Notes: generated by a model not told the origin, from the letters alone. Shown: positions 13,121 through 26,371, counted from the stretch's first letter. The stretch: 64,000 bases of DNA from Octopus sinensis (GCF_006345805.1 NC_042999.1:105152001-105216000), one strand, 5' to 3'. Numbers and translations are program-made.

Positions 13121-16100
13121 AAAGATTATTAAGCTTTCAACAGTCATTATCAGATATTAAACACGATAAAATATATACAAAATGAAACATTATTCGATGT
13201 GCCTTAAACCATCTCTATTAGAAATGGATTATTCCGTATTGACACCCTGTCAGCGCTGCTTTTCACAAGAAACATTACTACAAACTCTACATGGATTTCC
13301 TATAATTACAGCGTTAGTTGTGTTGAATGAACATTGACATTTATGGAGTTTCCTCTTCTGTTATGTCTGCAGATCGGCATTCCTCTTGCTAGTTTTACTG
13401 CATTGATTTTTATTACATATTTAGCCAGTAGCTGAGTAAAACCCGTAGACTTAACATCGGACTTTTTGTTTTCTGAATGACATCGTTGACACTTTTCGTA
13501 CAGACTGATTCTTTTGTGTTTTACGGTGTAAATTACGTTTCTAAAGCAATTTGATTGCAAATTCTTTTCTGCTGTTAAATTTCTGCAGTAAATATCTCTT
13601 GTTTGTTTCATAGATCGTCCATTTCCCGTATTCTTTTCCGGAATATGTGACATAACTTCTACGTTATTTTCTATCAGTATCTACTTGCTTTCTCCATGCT
13701 GCTTCGCGAGAGAGTTTGGAATCATCTCTCTACAGATGATCCCTACTTCGTCACAACAGATGATATTTCATTTGTTATTTTGTTTAGATTAGAGATAGTG
13801 GTTCTTGATTATGATTATAAAGTCTGTAATGACCCGACGTGTGCATGCTTTATTTCTGATGACATTTTGTTGGTGAGTTTAATTTGGGGATGTTTTTTTT
13901 TAAATAATTCTTTATTTTCTTCCATCTACAGATTGCTTTGGTTATAGCATATATATGAAGAATTTTGTAGTTAACCTATTCATATTTCTATTCATATCTT
14001 TGATTTTAACTGTTTAATATTATTTCGTATTTTAAGATTCCAGATTTAGATTTGCTACTTACACCAAATGTATTGCAATATCTAGCTCTATTATCAACTA
14101 AAGGAGCTCATTAGCTTTCTGTACACGGGAACTTCCAGCTCAGTCCAGCACAAACATTATTATTTTCATCGTCATTAACATCTTCATCATCATCATCATC
14201 ATCATCATCTCATTATTAAAACGGCATACGATGAAATTTAAGAGTATCATATTGGTGGTGAAGGTATTGTGGATCATAATAGAAAGATACAGACAATTTT
14301 AGAATATTAATCAACTGCAGTGGATGTCGGCATTTCATGTAAAGATTATAATGTAAAATCACCACTAGAAGCACAGACGAAACAACGCTCATCCCTAGTA
14401 GGAGCATAAACCGATATAAATTGTTTATCCAATAGGATAAACTATACAATTAGCAGAAGTGAAATTTTCAGCAGCAGCACCTAATTACTCACAATTTACA
14501 ATTTTCAAGTAACAGCCATCGAGAGAGAAAAGTAATGATTTTAAACTAATGGGAACTATGGTTGTAATGATGATGATGTTGATGATGGAATGGAGAGCAG
14601 CGATGGTTATTATGCTGGTGGTTCCAGAAGTAGTGATGCTGAAGGCGTAAGTGGTGAAGATAATGAGAGTAATGTTGACGCTTACGTCGACAGCAACCAT
14701 CGTCTTCGTCATCATCATCATCATCATCATCATCATTGTCGTCATCATCATAGACACTATAGTCATCTTAAATTTCGAAGACTCTATGTTATAAGAACAA
14801 ATTAGAAACGAATAAAAAGCACAAAATTTAAAATACATTGGAGAAGCATTAAATATGGCTAGAAACCATTTCGCTTCATCAAAGATATTGTTTTTCGTTG
14901 TGTGTAGCGTTGTTTAATGCTTAAATACTAATTATTTATGACGAACATGATTAAAAGTTATATAGCTGGCTTAGAATATTTAAGTTTTAATTGAAAATAA
15001 CAAATATACAATTCACAAAATGATATTAAATATGTGAAAAAATGTGAAAAATGTTATTTATACGTAGCAAAGTCTTTTATACAGAAAATGATTTTCGATA
15101 TCAATTTTGAAAGAATACTGTTCGTTGTTTAACTAATCAGTCTGACAATTTTCTTACTCTTCTGTTTTCTATAGCATACAGTTTATTGTTTGTTTGAAAC
15201 AAAAGTTTTGTTTTTCGCTGGTGAAAGAAAAGAGCTTCCTCGAATGAAGTGTAAAAATTAAATAAATTTCTATCATCCTGTGCGTTATCGAAAAGTTCAC
15301 CCCATCGGACCGGTGCAAGAGGTAATACATAAAATAATTACTTGCTGCCTTGTCTAAAAGTTTCACCGAGGATTTCAGTACAGGTCGGCTTTCTAATATA
15401 TAATTCATTCTTTATACAGCGCCTGTTCTTCTTACATAAATTATCTGCAGCTTAGATAATTACTTGTCATTGAGTGCAACAGGTCCTTGACAGGGAATGT
15501 ATGGAGCACTGGTCAACGTATATTCCTGGATATCTCGACCGAGAAAGGAAAATGCAGCTTCCCGGCTTTTATTTGTTATATATACACGAATTCTATTAAT
15601 TACTACATAATGCCTTCTCTTTTTCGACTTAACAGGGATATTGGGATGGGCCATTAACTTCCATGTTATTCCTCTTAAGCTATTGGTAAAGTAATGTCAC
15701 TCATGATTAGGTACTAGCCAAAAATAGAGGCCTTAAATTGCTATTCGATTATAGTTTCAAATATAGTTTGAAGTGGCAACACGTATTATGTAAACTTAAC
15801 ATGGCCACCGCATACACTTGTGAAATGCCTTAGCACACTCTTGTGAAATCTCTCTCTCTCTCTCTGCTCCACATACATATACCTATGAGCCCAACAATAC
15901 TAGGTCGGTTTCCCTATATCTTATTGGCTAAACCATCCTTGCTTTAGGACTGTAATATTAGAAACTCTAGCGCTCTCTTCAAATGTAAAACTTATCCAGC
16001 ATTTATTCTTATATTACTGAACTACATATATAACCGAATTTATTTAGATTTGATAGTGTCTTCATCTCAGATAGACTGTATCATTGTATAAATTTTGAAC

Positions 16101-16725
16101 TCCTCAGCCAGCATGCTAGAATCCTATCATCTAATCCATCTTTGAAACTAATTTAAGGAATTAGAATTGATTTCCTTCAGGTGCAAATATGATAGAAAAG
16201 AGGCAAGGACATTGGTTTTCATTATCCTTTTTTACTTCATACATGACGGCTCTGCAGATTGCGTTTTGTTAAATCAGAATTTACATATTCAAAGGACGTG
16301 ATTAATTGGGAATTAACAAAGGAGGCATTCAAGACCATGTGGAATCTTCTATCACGTCACTCACCATGCAAGAAATAACCGGCGTATAGCTCAAAAATTA
16401 AAACCAATTTTACACAATTTGGATAAGTTCCTAGAATTCCTCCGTATAAGCAAAAATGAATTTAACCATTGTTTCACTATAACATATTTAGACTATTACT
16501 CACTAAGAAGTGTTGCATTGTTAGTCAATAATTCGACTCTACTTGCTATATTAAGCCCATTGTTCATTCTAATTGCAACATATAACTAATTTGCAATATA
16601 CGGTGTTATAAACAAACCAACACCGGGTATGAATCGGTGGCAGATTCCCGCACACACACATGGAAAGAAGAGGTGTACACAGATGCACACACACACACAC
16701 ACACTCACTCACACACACACGCACT

Positions 16726-16775
<50 letters not shown>

Positions 16776-16820
16776 AAGAAAGTGAGAGAGAGAGAGAGAG
16801 AAAGAAAGAGAGAGAGAGAA

Positions 16821-17047
16821 AACACGTAGAAAGATATATTTTTCAACGCGGAAATACTGATAGAACAGCATATATAGTATAAAATCCTTTTAGAGCAGAA
16901 AAAGTTGTCGGCAACCTGTCATGAGGATCGAACTCACATCCCTGTAATATCCGGTCATGCTCAACTTTAAGCTAAACTGCTGACCGACAAATTCTTCTAC
17001 TGTTCTATCAGTATTTACACCTTGAAAAATAGATCTTTCTACTTGTT
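16821..17047. mobile_element. Miniature inverted-repeat element enclosing a tRNA-like cassette
   Basis: Arms 16821-16868 and 17000-17047 are reverse complements (AACACGTAGAAAGATATATTTTTCAACGCGGAAATACTGATAGAACAG vs AACAAGTAGAAAGATCTATTTTTCAAGGTGTAAATACTGATAGAACAG). The interior minus strand has a D-arm-like TAGCTT...GAGC and a T-arm GTGAG-TTCGATC-CTCAT. Confidence 0.6.
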
Positions 17048-17100
17048 CTACAAAACATTTCAACGCTTGAAAAACAAACTTATGTTTGTTACATATAACG

Positions 17101-17161
<61 letters not shown>

Positions 17162-18079
17162 GGCGAGTTTCTCGGAGTTTTTCGATGTCTAAATTCACTC
17201 ACAAACTATTAACAGGCCGAAAACGCACACGATTCTGAGCAGTGGTTCTCTGCACAGAACATGCGTTTGTAAAGAGTGCAGCTATTGTGGTTGCTGAAAA
17301 AGTTCACAAAGTCTGTTGAAAGATATTTATCATGGATGTGTCTACTGCGTATTGTTAACCTTCATATCAATTAAACATATTTATTCCTTTTAATGAATGG
17401 TCAAGTTCTCTGTTACTATCTGGAATGTGTATTTAATTTAGTTTTCTTAACACCACACAAACTGAATACTTCGTTCTGCTCCTCCATTGCGCGAAGAAGC
17501 ATAACCATACGTACAAATGAAGATTGCAAAATACAACTAACGAATCACACACCTTAATTTGCATCCCACCGCCGGATACGTTGGGCGCATATGTCTTAGA
17601 GGTTTCTCGTAGTGAAATAACACAACAGAACAATTTTGAACATAATTCCTGTTGAAATTGCATTCTCACACGATTTATACTAGAATTGTCATGCTGATTC
17701 CAAAACTACAGTCAGTTTTCTTCCATCTCCTCAAGATTGTTTTTCTACAGCTTACTCCCTGAATAAGCGCGATTGTATTGTTTGTCCGTAAGTCATAGGA
17801 GTGATCAGCTGCTTTTACTATTTCATTAATAACAATGGGGAGCATTTTCTAGAGACGAAGTTTAGTTGTCTTACACTTTACAATTTGGTACTACTGGGTT
17901 CAGAAATTCTCTCAGAAACTTTCTATCGTGTCAAGTTTTTGTGAAATAGAAATTCATATTTTACAAAGAATAGAGAATAAAAAAGCAATTTTGCAATTAC
18001 ATACCGAATAAGAAACAAACACAATTCAAATGATACTTTTTATTGTTTAAGAAATATATTACACAAAATGTTTAATTAC

Positions 18080-18850
18080 AGATCTTAGATGTTTCTGTGA
18101 AACTGGAGATTCAACTATTCTTTGCTGCTTTGCGTGAATATCTTGCACAACGAATGTCTCTGCGCAGTGAAAAGTAGTTAGCCATGAGGTTTGTGTGCCC
18201 CCTACCTGCATACTTTGTCACCACGGTTTTGATGCCTTGCTAGAACCTTTGTCCTTGCTCCTCACTTATTTCACTACAATGTTCAGGGACATAGTCGTAA
18301 CATTTGAGCAGGAAATGCTTTTTACACTCATGTTGCATCTCAGTGCTCGAATATTAGTTAACAGGATCTGCACACAGTTTTCTTAATCTAACGAATTTCT
18401 GTTTCCCAGGATATCAAACACGATTCTAATAAAAGCATCCTACGTTTCTTCCCTTGAGAATGAACCAGAGAACGCTCTAAGCGTCGTAGTTGAGAACTCA
18501 CCAGCTGTATGAAGACTACTCATATAATTCGAACGATGATTGAACACTTGAAGCAGATGTTTCGAAGAAGGATGATTTCGAGAAACTCTAAATTCGGTTG
18601 TTCTCCACACTCACCTGATTTCTAGCGCCAAACGTGTTCCAGTGTAGATATGTGAAAGACAGAGTATACCGTAACAAACATTAATCCAGAGTATACCGTA
18701 ACAAACATACATGGGGAAATTGAAGGAATAAGCCAAGAAATATTACGAATGGTGATGGAATACTCTTGAACTTGTCTTTGTAAAATAGTGACCTTTTCAA
18801 ATACGTAGTTTTTCAAACTAATTCAAAATGTTTTCTAAGATGTGTATTTA
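18080..18850 (+). mobile_element. Tc1/mariner-superfamily transposase fossil, C-terminal part (DUF4817-associated type)
   Basis: Plus translation THIIRTMIEHLKQMFRRRMISRNSKFGCSPHSPDF.APNVFQCRYVKDRVYRNK...EIEGISQEILRMVME resembles HTA..TM..L...FP.R.ISR....WPPRSPDL.P.DF.LWGY.KD.VY. Contains a ~27 bp internal duplication near 18660-18710. Confidence 0.7.
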
Positions 18851-19096
18851 TTGATTATAAAAGAATAAATGTAGATATATAATACATAAGAGTTTTATTA
18901 TATTGTGCAATAGTCGAGGGACTTTGGACAACTCAAAAGTCCAAATCTCTGAATATTTCCTAATCTATAAATAATGCATCACATAATAAGCATATGAACC
19001 AGAAAAGATGAAACAGAAATATTCTACGCTCGAAATGAGTCAAATCACGCTAATCACACTATATATGGCGTTTAATAAATTGACGCTAGTCATGAA

Positions 19097-19113
19097 ATGA
19101 TGATGATGACGAC

Positions 19114-19144
<31 letters not shown>

Positions 19145-19215
19145 CTCATCATCATCATCATCATCATCAACAACAACAACAACAACAACAGCAGCAGCAG
19201 CAGCAACAACAATAG
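19097..19215. repeat. Compound (GAT)n-(CAT)n-(CAA)n-(CAG)n microsatellite
   Basis: Directly visible. Confidence 0.95.
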
Positions 19216-21074
19216 TAACAAGGTGTTAGATAACTGGCGTGGTAAGCGTTGGATCTTCCTTTGTATGAAAAAGCTGATTGTGAAATATTGAAAATATACT
19301 GTTCTAAAATGGAAATCCATGAATATAGAAATCGAATAAGCAAGCACATTATATTGATATAACATAGGAAAAAAAACGACAAAGAGCTAAGGCGTCCTTT
19401 ATTAGGGTGGAATCTAACGGAACAGGTAATATAAATTTCCTCCATTCTTTCTTAACAGACAATATATGTAATATATGTTTTCCGTCCGGAATAGTTAAAA
19501 TTTTCTCTATTTGTTTAAAAGGAACACCTCTGTCTTCCTGATAAAATATCCAATCCTGGTGTTTTGTTAATATTATTATAGATAAAGAAGATTGAGATGG
19601 TTATGGGAATTCCGATATGTTACAGTTATAATTTATCAATATAGAAATGATACTTCAAACCTCTTTTTTTATTGTAACTATTCTTCAATATAATTGCATC
19701 TTACATGAAATGCTTCCGCTTCCAATAAGGATGCTACAAACACTTTGCATCTTTAAATTCAGTATTTTACCAAGTACTGAATCTCTGTGGCGATAATACT
19801 AATTCTATCTGTAATGACAAGCTATAGCAAGTTATCGCGTTATTCGAGGTGGTACTCTTGCTTGTACGGCCTGATCAATATAGATAAGAAAATCAAATAC
19901 ACGCCAAATATAGAGACGACGGTCAGGGAGGTGACCACAAAAGCGAAGACAGAAAAGGAAAAGATTAATTATCTTTAAATAAAATAAAAATAAAATGCTT
20001 TCATATTTTGTTTCGATAACATCTCTGCCCATAAAAATTTCTTTTCAAACATTGTTATTCCAGAAATGATAATCTTGAAATAAATTATTCCATTAGAATT
20101 TCAATGAAACCCTTATCCCGTAAATCTTTCAATTCATTTCATTTTCAATTCACTCACTCAGTAACTGGTAGTTTCTCTCTCTCTCTCCCTCTCTCTCTCT
20201 CGCTCTTGAATGGGTTCTTATATATCCTAATTGAAATAAAATCAACATCTCCCATTAGAATTTTGGATTTCAAAGCAGTTTTAATTTCTATTTATGGCCA
20301 TTTTGTAGACTTCCGCAAATCCTTTTATATTTCCTATTAATAATCCCCGATTCCAGCATCATTTATCAATACAAATAAAATTACATCTGACATCACAAAG
20401 ACATCCATGCCTTCTGTGATTTTACTAACTTTAGATCTGCTTCTAAACAACCCTTTCCAATAATATTCATTTCATACAAATACATTGAAAATCGCCCATA
20501 CCAGATTTCAATAGTTTGATAAAGAATTCAACAAGAGACGCATTTATATTCACTTTAATGTCCCTCTTCATAACTCTCCCTTTATTTCCCTCTCTCATTT
20601 TTGAATTTCACTATCTCTCGTCAGCTTTCATTTATTTCTATTATTCCCTTACTATTTGGCAAGATGTACAGTGAGTACAGAGGAAGACGCTGACAAACAT
20701 ATATTTAGAGATATGTAACTGAACAAAGAGATAAAATCCCCTCATAGATCTTGTGTCACAATCTTGGCTTCCGCTCAATAAGATCTTCCTAGTTTAATTG
20801 GAAAATGAGAATTCTTACAGTACAACTTATGCACATTTATTAATGTGTCTGTGACATATGCACAACTGTGCGTGTATATAAATACACATATACAAACTTA
20901 TCTTTCTAGAGGTATACTCATTACTACGTACGAGGATGTGACTGTATTTATGTATAAGGACATAGGTGCATTTATAAATATAAATATACATATGTATACA
21001 TGTAGGTATGCATGCATACGTATGCGTGCGTTTCTGTGTATGTAAACCCAACTAATATGCGTGTATGTGTTTCA

Positions 21075-21660
21075 CTCCGTATAGGGTGCTACAAATATAG
21101 GTTGACAGTCTTACATTTTCTTTTTTCAGGGTTGTGAGAGGTAAGAGGTAATGGCGGACAACGTGACAAATAACGAAAGAAATTGGAGCTTAAAAAGTTA
21201 GTGCCAAATTTAAAATGCAGAAAAGGTGTGACAGAGCTGGACAGATCATTTCATACTGACGCTCTGTCTCAACAATCGATTTACAAGATAAAAGCCACAT
21301 TCGAAGTGACAGATGCAGTGAATAAAGTCTCAAAATCCAGGCGCCCACAAGCTGTTTCTAATGAAGAAAATGAGATGCAGGTAGCATTGACATTTGTGAA
21401 TATACCTACGACGTGTACCAGACGAGCGGTGGTTAGGTTGAGTATCTCTGGATCGTCTCATGAAAAACTGAACTTGTAGCCATACCACTCAAGACTCCTG
21501 AAACACCTAACAGAGGATGACCCAGATCGTCGTATGTCGTTCGCAGAAAATTGTCTGCAAACAGACACGTCAAAAGGAATATACTTCCATAGCTCCAATT
21601 TTTTTTTCGCAGAGTGACATTACATAAAACATAAATGAGTGACAATTCCTTTGATGGACC
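21075..21660 (+). mobile_element. Tc1/mariner-superfamily transposase fossil, N-terminal HTH region (DUF4817-like)
   Basis: ORF 21183-21479 gives LSQQSIYKIKATFEVTDAVNKVSKSRRPQAVSNEENEMQVALTFVNIPTTCTRRAVVRLSISGSS, then in a shifted frame PYHSRLLKHLTEDDPDRRMSFAE. This is the typical (H)PY...L.EDD...R..F signature. Confidence 0.75.
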
Positions 21661-23073
21661 TAGCTTGATAGGTGGCCTTTTAGTCTGACCACCGGGTAGA
21701 CAATCTATTCATACATTGATGCGTTGCAGCTTCTGAAAACGAAACTGAACCTTTCTATTTTGAGTACACTCGTAGTAAAGGTGGTCATCAGTATAAAATG
21801 ATTCCTTTTGGTTCCAGTCGACCCGAGCCCAAATGAAACCTACGATTACTGCTTACGCAGTTGCTTTGCTTCTTCATTAGTCTCAATACAGAAATTCAGT
21901 AGACTATTGTTAAAGTGCAGGCACGTCCACATCATTTTGGGTATTTTAACTGGATCGGATGTTTTACTATTTCTAAAATATTTTGTTACATTTGAAGAAT
22001 TTCTATGTTTATAGACATTTTCCATTGACAGGCAGTCTTCAGATCGTAGTTTGGTGCCACATAGCGCCCTGTAACCTAGTAGGAGACTAAAATTTCAAGA
22101 TTTATTGACATTCTGATGGTAATTGGCCGTCACACCGTAAAGTTGAGCACTGGAGAACCACTCTTGTTGGTAAACACCTCAGCAATATGCTCGTTTCCCT
22201 GGTCGATGCTGCTGCATTTTTCAGTTTTTGACTCGCTAATGTGCTTTTAGCGTTTTCTTTAAACTTCTTGAATTGTAACTTTAGCTCTTAACCTGAAACG
22301 ACTCTCCTTTGATATTATTAGTGGCCCTATACACACATATTCACTCAAACATATATCAATATGTATTAAGGAGATCGAGCACCACATTCCTGAAATGTTC
22401 GTGGGCATAGAGATTACAATCTTCGACGAAATACATCCATCGTGCAAATAAATAGGAAAACTGGAAACACCCAAATGATTACTCCATCACGTAGGAATTG
22501 TTCTTCTGAAATACCATACCTTACAGAAGCATGACTAGCTGACATAAAAGTCTTCCACTTTCCCACGTCCAGTATCTTGTACAAAGAAAGGGTGATAGTG
22601 ACATGTCATATCCTGCAGAATGCCAACAGAGTGACTCCAGCATTCCATTTGATCTACCACGCCGATCTGTTAATAGTGTGACTAGTGTAACTCGTTATAA
22701 TGGCAAAAGGTCTCACGTGACCGGAAGTAACCAATGGAGACCAAAACATCCTCTTTTGAGAGTCATTTAAAAACTTTTTGAAACACTTTACTCTGTGTAC
22801 GTACCGTTGATGGCGTAGACATGACCTACACTTTCTGCACCCACAGATTCTAGACTAATGTAGCGTTGAGTCAAATTGTTATAAAACACCTGCAACTACA
22901 TGCAAATTTGTTGAGTACTATATTCAGCAGTTTATTCACTCACACACACACCCACACCCACATTCACTCATACAACATACACATACATACATATATATGT
23001 TTCTGTGAGTGTGTGTGTGTGTGTATGTATGTTTTGATTGCGTATATCGTGTATTAATATGGATATAAGAAAA

Positions 23074-23297
23074 CGGTGAGCTGGCAGAATCATTGCTGCG
23101 CCTTGCAAAATGCTCAGTGGCATTTTGCCGGTTTTTATATTCTGCGATCGAATTCCGCTAAGGTCAACTTTGCATTGCGAGGTCATCCTCGAGGTCATCA
23201 TGACCAGAACTAACTCAATGAGTACCCGTTGAGCTTTTGTGTCGATGTACCTCATCCCAAAATGTAGCTGGTCTTGTGCCAAAATTTGAAACCGATA
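23074..23297 (+). mobile_element. tRNA-derived SINE (octopus-type), degenerate
   Basis: Head GGTGAGCTGGCAGAATC...CAAAATGCT...GGCATTT...AATTCCGC..GGTCAACTTTGC and tail GGTCTTGTGCCAAAATTTGAAACC, both shared with copies elsewhere in this window (29.6, 37.4, 41.0 kb). Confidence 0.8.
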
Positions 23298-23475
23298 TCT
23301 ACATATAATATACTATGTATATATGTATGTATACATGTATATATATACGCATATATATACATATATACATATATATATGCACATACAAATCTATATCTCT
23401 ATATATACATATATATCTATATATATACATACATATATATGTATATATCTATACATGTACATCTATATTTATACT

Positions 23476-23549
<74 letters not shown>

Positions 23550-23880
23550 ATAATACTTGTATTTTCTCACATATCAGTAGATATGTTATTGTTTCACTTT
23601 TGGCACTTAAATAATCTAAGAGATAATATATTGCTCCAGGCTCACATTTGGCAGATAGTTGAAAATCGTCATTGGCGCAGGACACTGTATAGATCCTAAG
23701 TAAGGCATGTGTAAAATTTGAATGAAATCAGTTGGGTTGTTCGCGAGTTTTAGTGATGCACACATACATACATACATACATACATACATACATACATACA
23801 TACATACATACATACACACATATAGACAGACAGACAGACAGACAGGCACACACACATACTCAGTTATATATATATATAAC
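23550..23880. mobile_element. Non-autonomous Helitron/DINE-like element with internal (TACA)n/(GACA)n
   Basis: GGCATGTGTAAAATTTGAATGAAATCAGTTGGGTTGTTCGCGAG followed by (CATA)n(GACA)n. This layout resembles Lep1/DINE-type non-autonomous Helitrons. Termini were not resolved. Confidence 0.4.
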
Positions 23881-24798
23881 AATATATTTTGTTTCCATCT
23901 GATGAATTAAAAAGCAAACATCTTTAAGTGAAGTTTGAATATAAACCAAGGAATTCTATTTCAAAATTAATTTTTTAATTTACTGATAAAATTTCGAAAC
24001 TTAATATATACGAGTTGCAATCCAAAGATTTCATTAATTCAGGTATCTATAATTGTCTGTACATTGCTTCTAATAATTCAATTACTTGGAATGGAGGATC
24101 AAATCCGAATTTTTACAAATATTCTTTATTTCTCTTCATTGAAGTGAAAAACATTACTTTAAAATTATTCATGTTTGAAATTAATGTCAACAAATTTATC
24201 GTTAGAAAACTAATTCTAATTTGCACAAATTATATTTATCTCTTTTCTTGTTAAAGATGTTTTGAAAAAGATTTCAAATATAATAGTGTAAATATTAAAA
24301 GAAAAACATCTCATACCCAAAAAATAAATAAATAATGGATAAAAATATAAAAACAAAGAAATAATGAAATAATTAATATAAAAAATAATTATAAAAAATT
24401 AGACTCCCTTAATTCGAGTAGTCTTATGTCTCCAAAACAGTTTCGAAAGAGAAAATTTTTAACCAATTAGTAATCAAATTATTTAAATATAATTTTTAGA
24501 TAATCTGATTGAAAATGTGTAGTATATTGTATGTGAATCTGTGCGTAAATGTGTATGGTTACCTACGACTATTTTGTCTGTATATATATATGTAATTGTA
24601 TTTGTGCTATGCATGCCTATCTTGAAGTTTCAATATTTTGTGTCTGCATATTTTCTTTTATAGTCTGTCATATATTTCTATTCTCCCTTTGAGCACGTTG
24701 TACTTAGTTTGTGTGAATAAACTTTCTCACAAAAGTGTGTTTTGATGCGACTGTTATCGAGTTTATTTGTTGTCATATGTGCAAACGTATTTATTCCT

Positions 24799-24839
<41 letters not shown>

Positions 24840-25366
24840 GCGCGCGTGGGTGTGAGTGTGTGTGTTTGTGCCTCCGTGTCTTTGCGTGACTGTGTGTATC
24901 CCATATCTGAGTATTTTATTGTGAAATTATATGTTGCAATGCAGCATGGGAGCATATTGGTGCATGTTACACCTAGATATGGATTCCAGTGAGTACTATT
25001 GAGTTGGTTATATAAATTCCTGCATTACATTGAAACAGTAGCTATCCGCTAGTGTACAATATAAATATCAGGCAGTGTGTTTTCAGTATTATATTACAGG
25101 AATATACGGCAACCCTTTAAAAAGAATAACTCTTGTTATGTTGAAGGCGTTTCCCACTTATTTATAGCTGGGGAATACCACATTGATATACCATGTAGAT
25201 TTTGATTACTAAGTAGAAATATTTTGCCGTATATATGTAATACAGTTCATATCCGATTAATTGAGGGTGTAATCATTAAAATGATTATAACAGTGACAGC
25301 GTATAAAGAACACCATGTCGTAAAATTAATATTTAAATATATAATTATAGATACATTTACTTACTC

Positions 25367-25460
25367 GCACTTTTCAAGCCTAGCCAGGCTCATGGGCCCG
25401 GTTTCCCGGTTTCTGTGGCATATGTGTTCTCCCCAGCTGGACGGGACGCCAGTCCATCGC
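25367..25460 (-). mobile_element. 3' portion of a second tRNA-SINE family (V-domain-like segment)
   Basis: Reverse complement GCGATGGACTGGCGTCCCGTCCAGCTGGGG...GAAACCGGGAAACCGGGCCCATGAGCCTGGCTAGGCTTGAAAAG, recalled as a high-copy octopus SINE. Confidence 0.55.
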
Positions 25461-25468
25461 ACTATACT

Positions 25469-25657
25469 TATAAATATATTATTACAATTAAGGGTGCTGG
25501 AGAGACAACAGTGATGCGCTAGAAGTAGATATCAAATGTTTACAAACTACTCTGCAAAAAAAGAACAAATTCAGAGTGGTTTGCAGACATTTGACACCTA
25601 CTTCTAGCGTTTTGACGTTGTCCTGCCAGCGCCCTTAATTACAGTTATATGTTTATA
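25469..25657. mobile_element. Fold-back/MITE-like element, 86 bp arms and 17 nt loop
   Basis: 25469-25554 versus the reverse complement of 25572-25657 has about 20 mismatches in 86 by manual alignment. Both ends are TATA. Confidence 0.7.
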
Positions 25658-26284
25658 ATTATATACTTAAATGTAATACTATTTATGTGCAGGTAATTAA
25701 AAAATGTAAATACCAAAGGGAATAGAAAACATAGCACTATCACAGTCACGCGCACACATAGAAACACACACAAAATACACACACATATTTATGTAGAGAA
25801 TATTCTATATTCTACGTATGATATAGGAGATATCATATATCTCGGTATCAGAATTGTTTTACTTTTGCATAGACCAAACCACTATTCTGCTCAGAAACCA
25901 TCCAATATTAGACGCTGAGTAAAACCGCTGGAATGCATTATGTTTACTAGCAAGCAAATGCCAGCATGCCGTGATCGATGAGTTTCATCATTATCAGTAA
26001 CATCCTTAGTGGTCTCTTTCACCAGAATCTATGAATATTACTCTCTCTATGTGTAACTAATTAAATAAATCATTGACACTAATTACCATACGAAATACGA
26101 CGCTGAAGAGGTAAAGTATGGATATCTCCCTTTGACGTTCAATTTCGGGGCACGATGTCTCGCCTGGTTAGAGATATTCATTGTTCTTTAACACTCGGCG
26201 TCGTGAATGAAGGGACGTTTCCTAGGATGCTACCCTGCAGCTAATAGAGGTATAAACAAAACACTTATCTTACGTATGTCACCG

Positions 26285-26364
<80 letters not shown>

Positions 26365-26371
26365 ATATTAA

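Noticed and set aside
16915-16982. Functional tRNA gene
   Set aside because: Only the D- and T-arm-like parts pair; the acceptor and anticodon stems do not. Treated as a tRNA-derived cassette.
17200-17750. Possible additional Tc1-like fossil
   Set aside because: The composition is suggestive, but I could not recover a convincing transposase motif.
24945-24988. 44-nt candidate exon (TGCAG|...CCA|GTGAGT)
   Set aside because: The donor is good but the acceptor is weak and no recognisable peptide results. There is not enough support to link it to the 35.7-39.1 kb candidates.
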